This document shows, in pieces, positions 42,590 through 57,289 of a DNA stretch of 64,000 nt; position 1 is the stretch's first letter; each line of letters starts with the position of its first letter. Below the pieces are notes generated by a model. The model was not told where the DNA came from. It ran no database searches and saw nothing but the letters and a program-made list of their open reading frames with translations. The translations under genes and the position numbers were made by a program. This DNA is from the human T2T-CHM13v2.0 reference genome, Homo sapiens. The stretch is taken from assembly GCF_009914755.1 (NCBI RefSeq), contig NC_060930.1. One strand, 5' to 3'.

Positions 42590-42812
42590 AAAAATTTTTT
42601 TCTTGCAGAGGCTGCAGTTGGCCACCACTGTGAATGGCATTTGGTAGTAAATGGATTAGATAGCATGGAGGACCAGAAAGACCATGAGCAGTTCAGAATG
42701 GAAACTATGTTGAATCCTTCTTGTGTGCCACTCTCCATCCTTCTCTCCTGCTCTTGGAAGTCACTTCTCAATAAGGATCCTGCATACATGTATTTATCTC
42801 AGGCTCCATTGC
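42590..42812 (+). mobile_element. Partial LTR16-like LTR
   Basis: cctgctcttggaagtcacttctcaataag...tctcaggctcc resembles the LTR16 R/U5 region. Confidence 0.45.
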
Positions 42813-43084
42813 CTCTTTTATTTTTTTCCGGGGTGAAGTTTCAGGAACAGAAGTGGGATGGGATGGATATAGAACAGAGACCATGTCAGTGGTTCATAAA
42901 CATTATTTCATTCATTTCCCCATAATACACTATGCGTTAGATACTATGTATTTATAGACAAGGAACTGAAGATTAGTATGCTTCTCAAAATTACTGCCTT
43001 AACTGGAGCAAAACTTTGTTCCAAAGACAACACTTTTCCCTTCATTCTCTTGGAGTGTGGCTGCATGTTCATTAATGCGGTGCT

Positions 43085-43235
43085 CCATTCATTCTTCATT
43101 CATAAGTAGGTAATGAGTGGCTAATGAGTGTCAGACACTGTTCTAGGTATATGGACACAAAAGTGAACAAAACTAAAACCATCTTTGTCTTTTTGGAGCT
43201 TATGTCCCATTAGTGGAAGACAGACAATAGTGAGT
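43085..43235 (-). mobile_element. L2 3' end
   Basis: cattcattc...gtgtcagacactgttctagg...gtgaacaaaac...ggagctta. Confidence 0.75.
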
Positions 43236-43269
43236 CAGAAATTAACACAGTGCCAGATATTGATGAGGG

Positions 43270-43610
43270 CAGCATCAGATGCTGTGAATTGGCTTGCTCA
43301 ATATCTGTTCCAATGACTTTCCAGTGTGTCTTCCTATACTGCAAAAGCGAAAAAGATAAAAATTCTTTCCCTGGACTCACTTTGAGTAATGTTGTTGATG
43401 TGATGTCAGTTTATAAGAAGTGAAATCAGAATGGAGTAAGTGGAAGAAACGGCATGGAGCATCCGTGTTGCTAGTACAAATCACAGCAGACCAGCATAGT
43501 CATTGGTCCTCGGATCTCAGTCTTCTGGCTGGCAGGCTTAGTGTACTTTCTGTATCCATCAGGTTGCTGGCAGCTTCTCCATCATGACAGGAGCAGCAGA
43601 TCCTTTGGCA
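43270..43610 (+). mobile_element. LTR33-like ERVL LTR
   Basis: cagatgctgtgaattggcttgctcaatatc...ggcatggagcatcc. Confidence 0.6.
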
Positions 43611-44900
43611 GCCTATTATTATGACTAGGATTATGCTGTCGTGTAACCCATCAAAAGAAGAACTATTGTGACTTAATTTAAATTGAATATCAGTCACTAC
43701 ACATGCTGAGACCCTATTCAAGGTGATGGGTTTTGAGTGAAGAACTGAATGTCAGAAAGGTAGGTGGTCAAGATGAAGAATTCACAACCCTTGCTTTTGC
43801 AGAGGTTATAGGCTAACTCTAGTAATTCAAGATCATGTATGTGATAAACAGAAGCTCAAGAGCTCTGCCCAGCGAAATAGCCAGGAAAGAGTGACTGGTT
43901 TGCTTCTGTGGGCTCCTAAGCTCTCCATCACCCCTCCTGAAGCATGCTTCACTCTAGTCTTCCTATTCAAAACAGCAAAAAAGCAAGTTGTGACACATGA
44001 GTGGTACATTGGAGCATCACCCTTTCTCTTACATATGTCGAGACTAATCATGTATGCCAATCATCAAAACACCATCCCTAGTAAGCCTGGGAAAGATCAG
44101 GCATTGCCTGATATCAAGTCTTAAGGATACGTCGTTTGGTCTTCATGCTTTCATATGTGTCATGATGTCCTATATTCCTCCCTGCCAATCAGCGCTCCCC
44201 AGACATCTGATCTGGCTCAAACTGTGGCAAATTCAGATGAGATTTCTCTTTCTCCTGATTGCCCTGTGCTGCCAGACAGCGCCCTCACAATTGGACCCTA
44301 GTGTTGTGAGCTCTCCATAGCCTTGGGATCTGACAGGCTGGAGCTCCTCCTACAGCTATTGTCAAAGGGTATAGAAATTTCTACCCACTCTCACAATGGG
44401 GATAATTTGCCTTCCTGACCTGTCAGTCTCTGGAGATCATCTAGTGCCATCTCAGCTGTGACATGGACCCACAAATGACAACTGCTCTGGGGCAGCCACT
44501 GAATGGGCTCCGTTTGCTCCTAAGGGACTTTGGGAAATGGCTCCTGTTGTTATTGTGGTCTTTTATGTCCAGAAAGATCAATCACATATTACTTAAGATA
44601 AAGAAGCAGTTGTTAAAATCATGTCTTCTTTTAGTGACAACTCAGTGACTTGAAATTCTGTCTTAAGTAACAAGATGTACTTATGTGATTTTTTTTTTTC
44701 TAATAGAGAGGGAAACATGTTGTGAAAGAAATGCAAAAGAAGATGAAAACTATTTTTCTTAGAACATTTACAGTGATGGTCTGTGTAATAATAACTGACA
44801 GCGAATATTGACCAAATCCTTTTCCATGCATTTGTCAATTAATTACCGCTAAACCAACAATATGATTATTATCTTGATTTTTTTTAAGTGAATAGAAGTG

Positions 44901-45278
44901 TCATGTGAGTTGGGTCTGTGTCCCTACCCAAATCACATGTCAAATTGTAATCCCCAATGTTGGAGGTAGGGCCTGGTGGAAGGTAAATTGGATCATGAGG
45001 GTAAATTTCCCCTTTGGTGCTGTTTTCCTGATAGTGAGTTATCATGAGATTTGGTTGTTTAGAAGAGTGTAATACCTCCCCTCCTCTTTCTCCTGCTCTG
45101 GCCGTGTGAAGATGTGCCTGCTTCCCTATTGCCTTCTGCCATGATTGTAAGTTTCCTGAGGCTTTCCCAGTGATGCTTCCTGTACAGCCTGTGAACCATC
45201 AGCCAATTAAACCTCTTTTCTTTATAATTACATGGTCCCAGGGATTTCTTCATAGCAGTATGTGAATGGACTCATACA
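44901..45278 (+). mobile_element. MSTA MaLR solo LTR (inserted in a MIR)
   Basis: cccaaatcacatgtcaaattgtaatccccaatgttggagg...gccaattaaacctcttttcttt...ggactcataca; TSD about aagtg/aagtt. Confidence 0.9.
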
Positions 45279-45999
45279 AAGTTCTAATAAGTTGAATGGC
45301 TTGCCTAAGACCATATAACAGATGATGAAGCTGGAAAGAGCATCCTTGAGATTTTAAGACTCCATTTCTTCTTTTAGCTTTAGATGACTTCAGGTCCTTG
45401 TTCTTAGTGGAAATACCTCGGACAAAACCTCTAAGTACAAAATGAGAAGGTTCTGTGGTTCACCTTGATAGATTCTCAGGTTCTGTTGGTCTGTTGGGGT
45501 AATCAAAGTAAACAAGTTCAGAACTTTGTGGTAGTTCTCATGATCTATGACAGGAAATTGAGCTTCAGGTGATTGGTTCGTTTTAAAAATATTACCGTAA
45601 ATTCAGGAGATTTGTACTAAAATAATGCTAAATTTGAATATTAATTTTAGAATGCTATTCATACAAATATTTTTGCTTGCTAAAATGAAGTATTTGATAA
45701 GGTTTTATATAAAATTATATTCTTTTAATTATGGTTTTTAAAACTGCTTTCTTTGAACCTTCTTCACTTGGGCTGGTAGAGTTGTGAGAGGAGTACTCCC
45801 GTGGTCTTATGGAGAGGAGGAAACGTTCCTTCTTCATCCACTTCCTTGAGGCTTGATGTGGTAGTTGCTTTATCAATCTTTGTTGATTGAGTCAAAACAT
45901 GGATGAATGAATGGGTGAATGTGTAAACCTCTAATTTCTTTCATTTTTGTGTGTGTTGTGGAAACATCTTAAACCATTTCTTAAAAACATCTTTTATTA

Positions 46000-46146
46000 T
46001 TTTTCCCAAAATTTATTGAGATATAATTGACAAAACATTGTATATATTTAGGATGTATAACACAACGATTTTATATATATATATACATTGTGAAAAGATT
46101 TCCACAAATTAATTAATACACCTGTCACCACACTATGTTATCATTA

Positions 46147-46203
<57 letters not shown>

Positions 46204-46428
46204 CAGACACTTAGGATCTATTCTTTTTGCAAATTTCAAGTAAACAATACTGTATTGTTAATTGTAATCAGCATTCTGTACATTAGATCACAGAACTTAT
46301 TCATCTGATAACTGAAAGTTGGTACCCTTTGACCTACATGTCTCTCTTTCCCTTGCTCCCCAGCTCCTGTCAGCTCTCTGCTTCTATGACTTTGACACTG
46401 TTTTTAGATTCCACATATAAGTGAGACT
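46000..46428 (-). mobile_element. L1MA (MA9-like) 3' UTR
   Basis: tttattgagatataattgaca...caaatttcaagta...ttagattccacatataagtgaga. Confidence 0.85.
46147..46200. repeat. Compound (TG)n(AG)n microsatellite
   Basis: Seen directly. Confidence 0.95.
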
Positions 46429-46699
46429 GATATGTAAAGTCAGTTTAACTCATTATCTCTGTGTGGTTTTAGACAAGAGGCCTGAGAACTTACTGAAGTA
46501 TCTTTGGAAATAGTGCAGTATATGTCAACTCTGTTTCTATATTCTGGGAGAATATCCGAGCAAGAGAATAGTAATCCTTGAAAGTAACTGAGGACCCTAA
46601 AAGTCTTTAGAGGGAAATTTAAAAAAATATTTATGTTATAAATGCTACTGTGATCTAAAATTGATTCAGATTTGTACTTAAAAATAAATAATGATAGGG

Positions 46700-49600
46700 A
46701 TGTCCAGTTTCAAAATGTAAGCTTGGAGGCGAGTTGTATTTCCTTTCCCTCCATACAGAAAATGAAAACCAAATATACACCATCAAGATTAGCACCAGTA
46801 ATATCCTAGAACTAAAATATGACAATGAGACAGATCCTGGGGCCACAGAGAAGTGAAAAACTGAGGAGATGGTAAGAGAAGTAGACTTCCACATCCACAA
46901 CATGCCTTCCCTCATTCTGCCTGTCACAAAGTATCTGGAAAATTTCCCTTAGCTTATGGTTTCTACACTGAAAAAAGTGAGCTCAAAGTGGACAACCAGC
47001 TTCCCCACCATCTTGGATTCCCTGGCAGGAGATCTGTTCCAGCCATAACCCTTGAAAAGCATTGTGAGGGCTGGAAGGGAAAGATATGCCCAAGGACAGG
47101 CAGAGACAAAGGAGGGAGGCAGGACTACTGTTCCCAGCCCTGGAAACTCTGCTCTGTAACTTAGCCAAAGGAGATGCCAAATCAGAGTGGCTTTTCAGCA
47201 GCATCACACCATACAAGGTACATTCCACAGGTCCCCTGGGCATGAATCCCTAGCCAGGCTTCCCACAATAACAAGCTATCTCCTTTGAGACCTCCCCCAT
47301 TCAGGACAGGCAGAATTCTCATCATTTACTAGAGTTAAGTTGAACCCAGGCTTAAGGCACCATCTAGAGCCAAAAAGAGGTGAGTGACCTAGTGGTAAAG
47401 AATCTCTAAGCAATTACATCCAATTAAAACCAAAAGAAGTCAGAGAGAGAAGGCTGGAACAAATAACTAATTCTTCACTGCAAAGACATAGACATATATC
47501 CACAAGAAACAACAGGAATCCATGACCTCTGCAAACAGAAAAAAACAAGGAAGCAGCAACTGACTTAACAAGAGTGTGATATGTGAGATCTCTGACCAAA
47601 AATTCAAAATAGCATTTTTAAGGAAACTCAGCATTCTCCAAGATAACACAGAAAAGCAATTCAGATATTTATCGGAAATATGTAACAAAGAGACTGAAAT
47701 TTTAAAAATCAAACAGACATTTTGGAACTAATAAACATTTTCTGAACTAGAAAATTCATTAGAGGCTCTCAACAGCAGAATGAGTCAAGCAGAGGAATAA
47801 ATTAGTAAACTCAAAGACAGATGCTTAAAAATACACAGTCAGAGGAGAAAAGAAAAGAGAGAAAAGGAACAAAGACCATCTACAAGATGTAGAAAATTAC
47901 TGCAAAAGACCAAATGTGATAATTATTGACGTTCAAGAGACAGTTGAGAAAGAGCAAAAGATAGAAAGTTTATTTAAAGAATAGACAAATTTTCAAAACT
48001 TGAGAAAGATGAAAAATATTTAGGTACAAGAAGATCAGAGAACCCCAAACAGATTTGGTGCAAATAAGACTACCCCAAGTTGTATAATGATCAAACTCTC
48101 AAAAGTCAAAGACAAAAAAAGAATCTTAGGAGCAGCAAGAAAAAAGAAGCAAATAACATATAAAGAAGCTCTAATTCATCTGGCAGCAAACTTCTCAGTG
48201 GAAACCATACAAGCCAGCAGGGAGTGTAACAACATTTTCAAACTGCTGAAAGAAAAAAAATTCCTGCCATACAAGAATGCTCTATCCAGCAAAGTTATCC
48301 TTCAAATACGAAGGAGAGATCATCTTTCCCAGACAAATCAACACTGAGAAAATACATCACCACCAGACCTGTCTTACGAGAGTTTGAAGGTATAAAACTC
48401 ATGAGTAAAGTTAAATATACAGACAAATCCAGAACATTCTAATACTGTAATTGTGGTTTGTAATTGCCTCATAACTCTAATGCAAAGACAAAAAGACAAA
48501 TCTATCAAAAATAATAACAGCTACAACAACCTGTTAACTGGTAGTAATATAAAAATATGTAAATGACACTACTGAAAGTCAAAATATAAGGGGAATAGAA
48601 TTAATGTGGTGAATTTAAAGGTTTTTCTTTGTTTTTGTTAATTTCTTTGTGATCTGATGTAAATTGTCATTTCTTTAAAATAACATTTATATGGTATTTT
48701 TGTAAGCCTCATGGTAATCACAGTGCAAAAACCTATAATAGATTCACTAAAAATAAAAAGCAATTAATTAAAGCATACAACCAGAGAAAAACACTTAACT
48801 GCAATTAAAGACAGTGAAAAAAATGAAGAGTTACAGAATTACCGGAAAACAAATAACAGAATGGCAGTAGGTAAGTCATAACTTATCAATAATAACACTG
48901 AATGTAAATGGACTTAGTTCGCCAATAGAAAGACATAGAGTGGCTGAAAGGATAAAGAAATAAGACCCAACTACATGTTGCCTACATGAAACCTACTTCA
49001 CCTATAAAGACACATGTAGACTGAAAGTGAAAGTGTGGTAAAAGATATTCCATGCAATTAGAAATCAAAATAGAGCAGAAGTAACTATACTTATATCAGA
49101 GGAAATAGACTATAAGTCAAATACTGTAAGAAAGGTAAAAAGATCACTATATAATAATAAAGAGGTCAATTCAGCAATCTATTACATTATAAATATTTAT
49201 GTACCCAACACCAATGCTTCCAAGTATATCAAACAAACATTTAATAGATCTAATGGGAAAGATAGACTGTAATGTAATAATAGGAAGGAATTTTAACACC
49301 CTACTCTCAGTAATAAACAGATCATATAGACAGAAAATCAACAAAGAAAGATCAAACTGAACACTAGACCTAATATATACTGAAGTTAAACTACAAACTT
49401 GCCCCAATTGACATTTACAAAACGTTTTACCCACATTCCTTTCATCAGCACATGGAACATTCTCAAGGTTAGACCATGTCTTATGCCATAACACATGTCT
49501 GAACAACTTCAAAAAAGTAAAAATCACATCAGTTATCTTTTCTGACCACAATGAAATAGTACTGGAAATCAGTATATGAAAGCATCCTCAGAAAAAACAC

Positions 49601-52600
49601 AAAAACATGGAAATTGAACAATAAGTTTCTGAATAACCAATGGATCGATGAAGAAACTATGAATAACTACAAAAATAAAATTAAACAATTTCTTGAAAAA
49701 AATGAAAATAGAAATAGAACATGCCAAAATCTATGGGATACAGCAAAAGCAGTACTAAGAGGGAAGTATATAGCAATAAATGCTTATATCAAAAAAGTAG
49801 AAAGACTTCAAATGCACCTGAAAGAACTAGAAAAGCAAGAACAAACCAAGCTCAGAATTAGTAAAAGGAGAGAAATAATACAGATCAGAGCAGAAATAAG
49901 TAAAATTGATACCAAAAAGAAGACACATGATCAATGAAATGAAAAGTTTGTTTTTTAGAAAAGATAAATAAAATTGGCAAACATTTAAGCTGGACTAACT
50001 TAGAAAAAAAGAAGATCAAATAAATAATTTCAAAAATGAAAAAGGAAACATAACCACTGAGGCTACAGGAATGTAAAGAATCATTAGAGACTATTATGAA
50101 CACTTACATGTCAATAAATTTTAAACTTAGAAGAAATGGGTAAATTCCTGGAAACACACAACCTACCAAGATTGAACAGTAAAGAAATAGAAAACTTCAA
50201 CAAACAATAAGGAGTAACAATATCAAAGCTACAGTAAAAATAAGTCTTCCATTCTAAAGAAAAGTCTGAGACCTGATGACTTCACTGGTAAATTTTACAA
50301 AACATATAAAAATGAACTAATGCCAGTTCTACTCAAATTCTTACAAAATACTGAAGAAGAGGGAATACTTCCAAACTCATTCTATGAGGCCAGCATTACC
50401 CTGACACCAAAACCAGACAAGGACACACACACACATATAATAAAACTACAGGCCAATATCACTGATGAACATAGATGCAAACATTCTCAACAAAAAACTA
50501 GCAAACCAAATTTTACAACATATTAAAAGGAACATTCACTACGATCAAGAGGGATTCATTCCAGACATGCAAGGATGGTTCAACATACACAAACAAATGA
50601 ACATGTATACCATATTAACAGAACCAAGAACAAAAACAATATGATTATTTCAGTTGATGCCAAAAAAGCATTTGATAAAATTCACCAACAATTTATGATA
50701 AAAATCTTCATCAAATTGAGTATGGAAGAAACATATCTCAAAATAATAAAGGCAATATATGACAAAACCACAGCTAATATTACACTGAATGGGGAACAAT
50801 TGGAAAGTCTTTCCTCTAAAGACTGGAACGAGACAAAGATGCCCACTTTCACCAATTTTATTCAACATAATACTGGAAGTCTTGACCAGAGTAATCAGGC
50901 AAGAGAAAGAAACAAAGGGCATCCATATTGCAAAGAAATATGTCAACTTAGCCTTTTTTGCAGACCACAGGATCTTATGCTTAAAAAAACCTAAAGATTC
51001 CACACAAAAAAAACTATTAAAACTGTTAAACAAACTTAGTAAAGTTGCAGTATACAAAATCAACATGCAAAAACCAGTAGCATTTATATATGCCAATAGC
51101 GAAAAACCTGAAAAAGAAATCAAACAAGCAATCCCATTGCAATAGCTACAAAGAATATAAATACCTAGAAATCCATTGAACCAAAGTCAAAGATCTATAT
51201 AAGGAAAACTAATTGTAAAACAATGATGAAAGAAATTGAAGAGGACACAAAAATTGAAAAGATTTTCCATGCTCATGGGTTAAAAGAATTATTATTGTTA
51301 AAATGCAAATACCACGCGAAACAATTTCCAGATTCAATGAAATCTCTATTATAATAGCAATGACATTCTTCACAGAAATGGACAAAAATGTAATATTTAC
51401 ATGGAACAACAAAAGACCCTGAATAGCCAAAGGAATAAGAAGCAAAAATAACAAAGCTGGAGGCATCACCGTACCTGACAACAAAATATAATACAAACCT
51501 GTAGTAACCAAATAAGCATGGCACTGGCATAAAAACTGACACATAAACCAATCAAACAGAAAAAAGAAACTAGATATAAATCTATATATTTATAACCAAC
51601 TCATCTTTGACAAAAGCAACGAGAACATGCAATAGGGAAAGGGCAGTTTCTTTATCTTTATAACCAACTCATCTTTGACAAAGGCAACAAGAACATACAA
51701 TAGGGAAAGGACAGTTTCTTTCAATAAATGGTGCCAGGAAAACTGCATAACCATGTTGCAGAAGAATAAAACTAGATGCCTATCTCTCACCATACACAAA
51801 AATCCAATCAAAATGTATTGAAAGATTTAAATCTCAGACTGGAAACTATGGATGTACTAGAAAAATATAATTGGGGAAACATTCTAAGACATTGGTCTGG
51901 GCAAAGATTTTTGTGTAAGACATCAAAAGCAGAGATTACCAAAATAAAAATAGAGAAATGGGATTGTATTAAGCTAAAAAGCTTCTACCCAGCAAAGGAA
52001 ACGATCAACAAAGCGAACTCACAGAATGGGAAAAAAATATTTGCAAACTATCCATCTGACAAGGGATTAATAACCAAAATATCCAAGGAATTCAAACAAC
52101 TCAATAGCAAAAAATAAATAACTCAATTAAAAAATGGGCAAATGATCTGAATAGACATTTATCAAAAGAAGATATACAAATGATCAACAGGTATATGAAA
52201 AAATGTTTATTAGAGAAATGCGGATCAAAATCACAATGAGATATCAGCTCACTCCATCCTAAAAGACAGAAAACAATGAATGCTGGAGAAGATAGAAAGA
52301 TAAATTCTTGTACACTGTTAGTGGGAATGTATATTAGTACAACCACCCTGGAGAACAGCATGGAGGTTCCTCATGAAACTAAAACTAGAACTACCATATG
52401 ATCCAGCAGTTCTGCTAGTGGGTACATATCCAAAAGAAAGGAAATCAATGTATCAAAGAGATATCTGTACTTCCATGTTTATTGCAACACTACTCACAAT
52501 GGCCACAATAGGAAATCAACCTAAATGCCTATCAATGAATAAATGTATAAAGAAAACGTGGTATACATACACAATGAAATATAATTCAATCATAATGAAA

Positions 52601-53090
52601 AATGAAATCTTTTCATTTGAAGTAACATGGATGGAACTGCGGGTTGTTATATTTACTGAAATAAGCCAAGCACAGAAAGACAAATATTGCGTGTTTTCAC
52701 TCATATGTGGGAGCTAAAAAAAAGAAATTGATTTCATGAAGGTAGAAAGTTAGTTTGTGGTTACCAAAGGCTGACAAGGATAGGGTACAGGGGGAGATGA
52801 AGAGAGGCTTAGTAATGGTAATGAATATAAGGTTTGAAAGAGGAAATAAGACCTAATGTTTGTGAAATCACCAGGGTGACTATAGTTTACAACTATCTAT
52901 TGTACATTTTGAAATAGCTAGAAGAGTATAATTTGCATGTTTCTAGCATAAGGAAAAGACAAATATTTAAGATGATGGATGTCCCAAGTGCACTGATTTG
53001 ATCTTTACAAATTATATGAGTGGATTAAATTATCACATGTACCCCGGAACTATGTACATCTATTATGCATCAATAAAAATTGTTTTAAAA
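46700..53090 (+). mobile_element. Near-full-length decayed L1 (L1MA4-like)
   Basis: 5' region, ORF1 remnant (IKLSKVKDKKRIL..AARKKKQITY), ORF2 EN start near 48861, RT remnants ([25 protein letters not shown]), L1MA-type 3' UTR ending caataaaaa; many frameshifts. Confidence 0.92.
51589..51721. repeat. 65-bp tandem duplication (period 68) within L1 ORF2
   Basis: Copies at 51589-51653 and 51657-51721 with 4 mismatches. Confidence 0.92.
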
Positions 53091-53541
53091 TAATAAATTA
53101 CAAAAAGAATACAGATTCTATGTTAATAAGATCATTCTGTAGTTGATTTGAAGTGTCCGTATATATTCAGTAGAACTGAATTACCTGGGAGAATAAATTT
53201 GGTTTCTTCAGTTTTTATTCTGTTGTTGGTGGAATGGTTTCTGCAACAAGAACCAGATATCCTGCACTAAACAAAATTAATTTGCTTGTACAGAATTTGA
53301 TTTTAAATATTTCAGCCTCTTCTCTAAATAATCTTGTTCTTTGTAAATTCATTATACAGAAGATTTTTTTGTTTTACAGGTGTTTGACATTTCACTTATA
53401 TATTTTCTAATTGTTAATTAACTATCAGATTATGAATATTCACGTGATTACATTATTGCTAATATGATAATGATAATATTAAAGTACCTATTTAATACCT
53501 ATTAATTGAACATTATGAATAGTTATTAGATTATTAATTAC

Positions 53542-53845
53542 AGCCAGGTCCAGCGTGGCTGATGCCTGTAATCCAGCATTTTTGGGAAGCCCTGGCAGAA
53601 GGATTTGTTGAGACCAGGAGTTTGAGACCAGGCTGAGCAAAACAGCAAGATTCCATCTCTGCAGAAAATTTAAAATTAGCCAGGCATGGTGGCACTTGCC
53701 TGTACTTCCAGCTACCTGGGAGACTGAGAAAGGAGGATTACCTGAGCCCAGGATTTCAAGGCTGCAGTGAACCATGATTGTGCCACTGCATTCCAGCCTG
53801 GGTGGCAGCACAAGATCCTGCCTCTAACCAAGCAAACAAATGAAG
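53542..53845 (+). mobile_element. AluJ (Jo/Jr-like)
   Basis: Diverged dimer; gaggattacctgagcccagga..tcaaggctgcagtga. Confidence 0.9.
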
Positions 53846-53859
53846 AAACATCTAGATGT

Positions 53860-53950
53860 TGTTATCCAGGCTCAAAGAGGTTAAGAATTTGTCCAATGAC
53901 ACACCACTAAGAAATGACAGAGCTGGATTCTGACATTATACCATGCTCTC
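53860..53950 (-). mobile_element. MIR fragment
   Basis: ggctcaaagaggttaagaatttgtccaatgacacac...gacagagctgga. Confidence 0.6.
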
Positions 53951-55163
53951 CACCCCCACAAGACAGTTATCAGAAATCTGTGTAATAAAATATATGCTAA
54001 CAAAAAAATGAACATAAAAATAACTTAAATTAATTTAGCATTTTAATATTTAAAGTAACATTTATAACATATAGTTTAACATATATTTCCATTTTTAATG
54101 TGACTGGATCATATATTTTTGGATGAATCACCCAATTTATGGGAAATCTCTTGGTGTCAGTAACACATAGAATTACATCACACTTATGAAAGATAAAAAT
54201 AATACAGTTTAAGATGTATTTTTCACGTTAAAAGTAAAGTTATGTGTCAAAATGAAATCATTCGCTAATTATAAGTCAAAAAAGTACCTGTAACTTTCCT
54301 AATGTCACTCTGTAACTTTTTTTGCATTATAAAGACAAGTACAGTAAGAGATATGTTTTATTGGAATTTCCATCATTTTATTGGAATTTTCATTGTTAAA
54401 GCAATTTGGGGTTTTTGCTACATCTTATGTTTATATATGACATCATGGTCATGAAATTACATCAGTCATGTGAATAGTAAAGAAATAAAAACTTTCTACT
54501 ACCTTGTGGAAGGTGACAATAAAACTTTGGATTGACCTTGGAAATGAGGATAGCATAAGTAAACAGTGTGAGGCTGATGAACCAATAGTGGAATGAGAAA
54601 AAGGGGACCTGGATGATCTACTTCAGTATTAATCTCCCAAAGGAATTCTTTTTTTCTATCTAAACTGGTAAGCTTGCACCTGATGTTTTTCAAGTTCTCT
54701 TATAGCTCTAAGACTGTAGTCCTAAAAATAGCAGCAGTGGCTGTTTGACCTGGTGTGATCCCTGCGATCTGGAAGCCATGGGAAAATGGAGATGAGGAAG
54801 GTAATCACTGCAGTCGCTCTTACATTTTTAAAAATAGAAAATGCCATGTCCTTAAAGTTTTTTACACACAGATACATCAGAAAATGAATTTAGACTTTTA
54901 TCTACATTAACAAGTGTCTTCTAAATGAAAATGTTATTTTCCTATGAATATGAATGTTGTTTACATATGTAAATTTTTGATTGAAAAACAAAATTTGTCA
55001 AATACGTTTTGAATATTTATTTGGCTTCAACTATTGCTGCTTTAACAAGTACTTGGTTTAGTATTAAAGAGATATGAATGCCTTTGGGAATAGGTCTGCA
55101 CATTGCTACTAAAAAGAAAATATTTTAAACATATAGTACTTAATATTATCAATTAGATTATGA

Positions 55164-55249
55164 TATTAATATGTTCAAAGACATACATAAATAGAATAAT
55201 TCTTTCTATTAATATGTTCATAGACATACATAAGTAGAATAATTCTTTT
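55164..55249. repeat. 43-bp tandem duplication
   Basis: tattaatatgttca.agacatacataa.tagaataattcttt twice, about 3 mismatches. Confidence 0.92.
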
Positions 55250-55302
55250 TGGCAATATAGCTTTCATTTTTTATATAGACACTTAGAATTTTATATGATG
55301 TT

Positions 55303-55812
<510 letters not shown>

Positions 55813-57289
55813 TTAAAATACATATTAATATTGATTTATTGAGGAAAATTTTAACCCAACATTTAAGTAATCTATCAAAGATAAATAAAATTTAAAAATA
55901 GGAAATAATAATGGCTGACAATGTCCAAATGTAGCAATAAAACTACCTTTATCAATGGTGTTACCATTATCAAACAAACAAAAAATTTAAAGCACTGGTC
56001 TCTTGTAAAAATTTGTAACCTTAAGAAATTAGCAACTTCTGAAGACACTTTGGAAATATTCTGAATACTCATTGGATGATAAGCATGCTCAAGTTTATTT
56101 GAATGGACTCATTCAAATGCCTAGATCCTGCATGATATAATAATGAAGAACCATCTTATTCCTTCTCAAAAAAAAAAAAGTATTTATTGTGCTGTGGTAC
56201 AGGAGCAGGACAGGAGACTCAAGAGACAATATGGTGAGGCCAATTAAGTCAGAAACTTTATTTATTTTAGAAACTCACTACATTAAAAGTCTTAAACCAA
56301 ACATCCCCTATTGGGATTTTTTTTTTTTTTTCCAATACGCCCCACAGGTGTGTGCTTATTTATGATCCAAGCACTGGCTTTTAGCATCCTCCCCTCTGCT
56401 GTGTCATCACTGATCTATGATAGAGTGAGAAGATAACATTGGTTTATATTGAACACACAGTAAGTTGAATGTTCAAGAATTTCATTAAGTATATTATTAG
56501 GAATTAACTAGTGCATCTTGTGCTCTACTTTTATTACCTTTTTATGACACACTTGACCTTCACTGAAAACATGGAAATATGATATACCTATCGTTAGATG
56601 AATTTACATGAGGTGTAGAATTGTAAAAGGGGCTTGATTTTAATTTAAACACTTTCTTTCTACATTGCAAAATCTTAGATATTTGTAAACTAGTTATCAT
56701 TATGAAATATAGTACTTAAGGGGAATGTGGATATATTTTGCATGTTTCTATGACTCATAGGAACCAAAATATTATATCATAGTATTTAAATGTGCCTTTT
56801 AAAAATAATTTATTAGATTCATCTGGCACCTCTCTGAAATAGGTCAACTTTATTATTCTCACTTACAGCTGAGGAAACCAAGGCATAAAAGGTTAAAGGA
56901 GCCTAAGGTATGACTGCAAATTGGAATCAGTAAGACCAAAATGCCAAATTATAACCTTTGCAATTTCTGTTTATTAATTCAGGCAAGAAGTGTTGTAAGA
57001 CAGATGTAAACCAAGAAGTGAGCAAAAAATGTTCAAAAGCATAGGTTGAATCACTTTTTCTGTAATTAGTTACTTGCCATTTTCTGGCCACAGCCAAGTG
57101 AGAAGGAAATGGTCACAGCCTCAGCCCTAGAGAATATATTCATTTTGATTTATAAACGTGTTATGCAGACATCTGATTTTAAAAGTTGATCAGAGATTTC
57201 ACCACAAGGAAAAAAAAATCAGTGTGTAAATTAATTGCATTTCCTAAAATAAGATAAAAATAATATAAATAGAATGTTAATATTGGGAT

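Noticed and set aside
44270-44295. CTCF-like cagcgccctc
   Set aside because: Only half of the motif matches.
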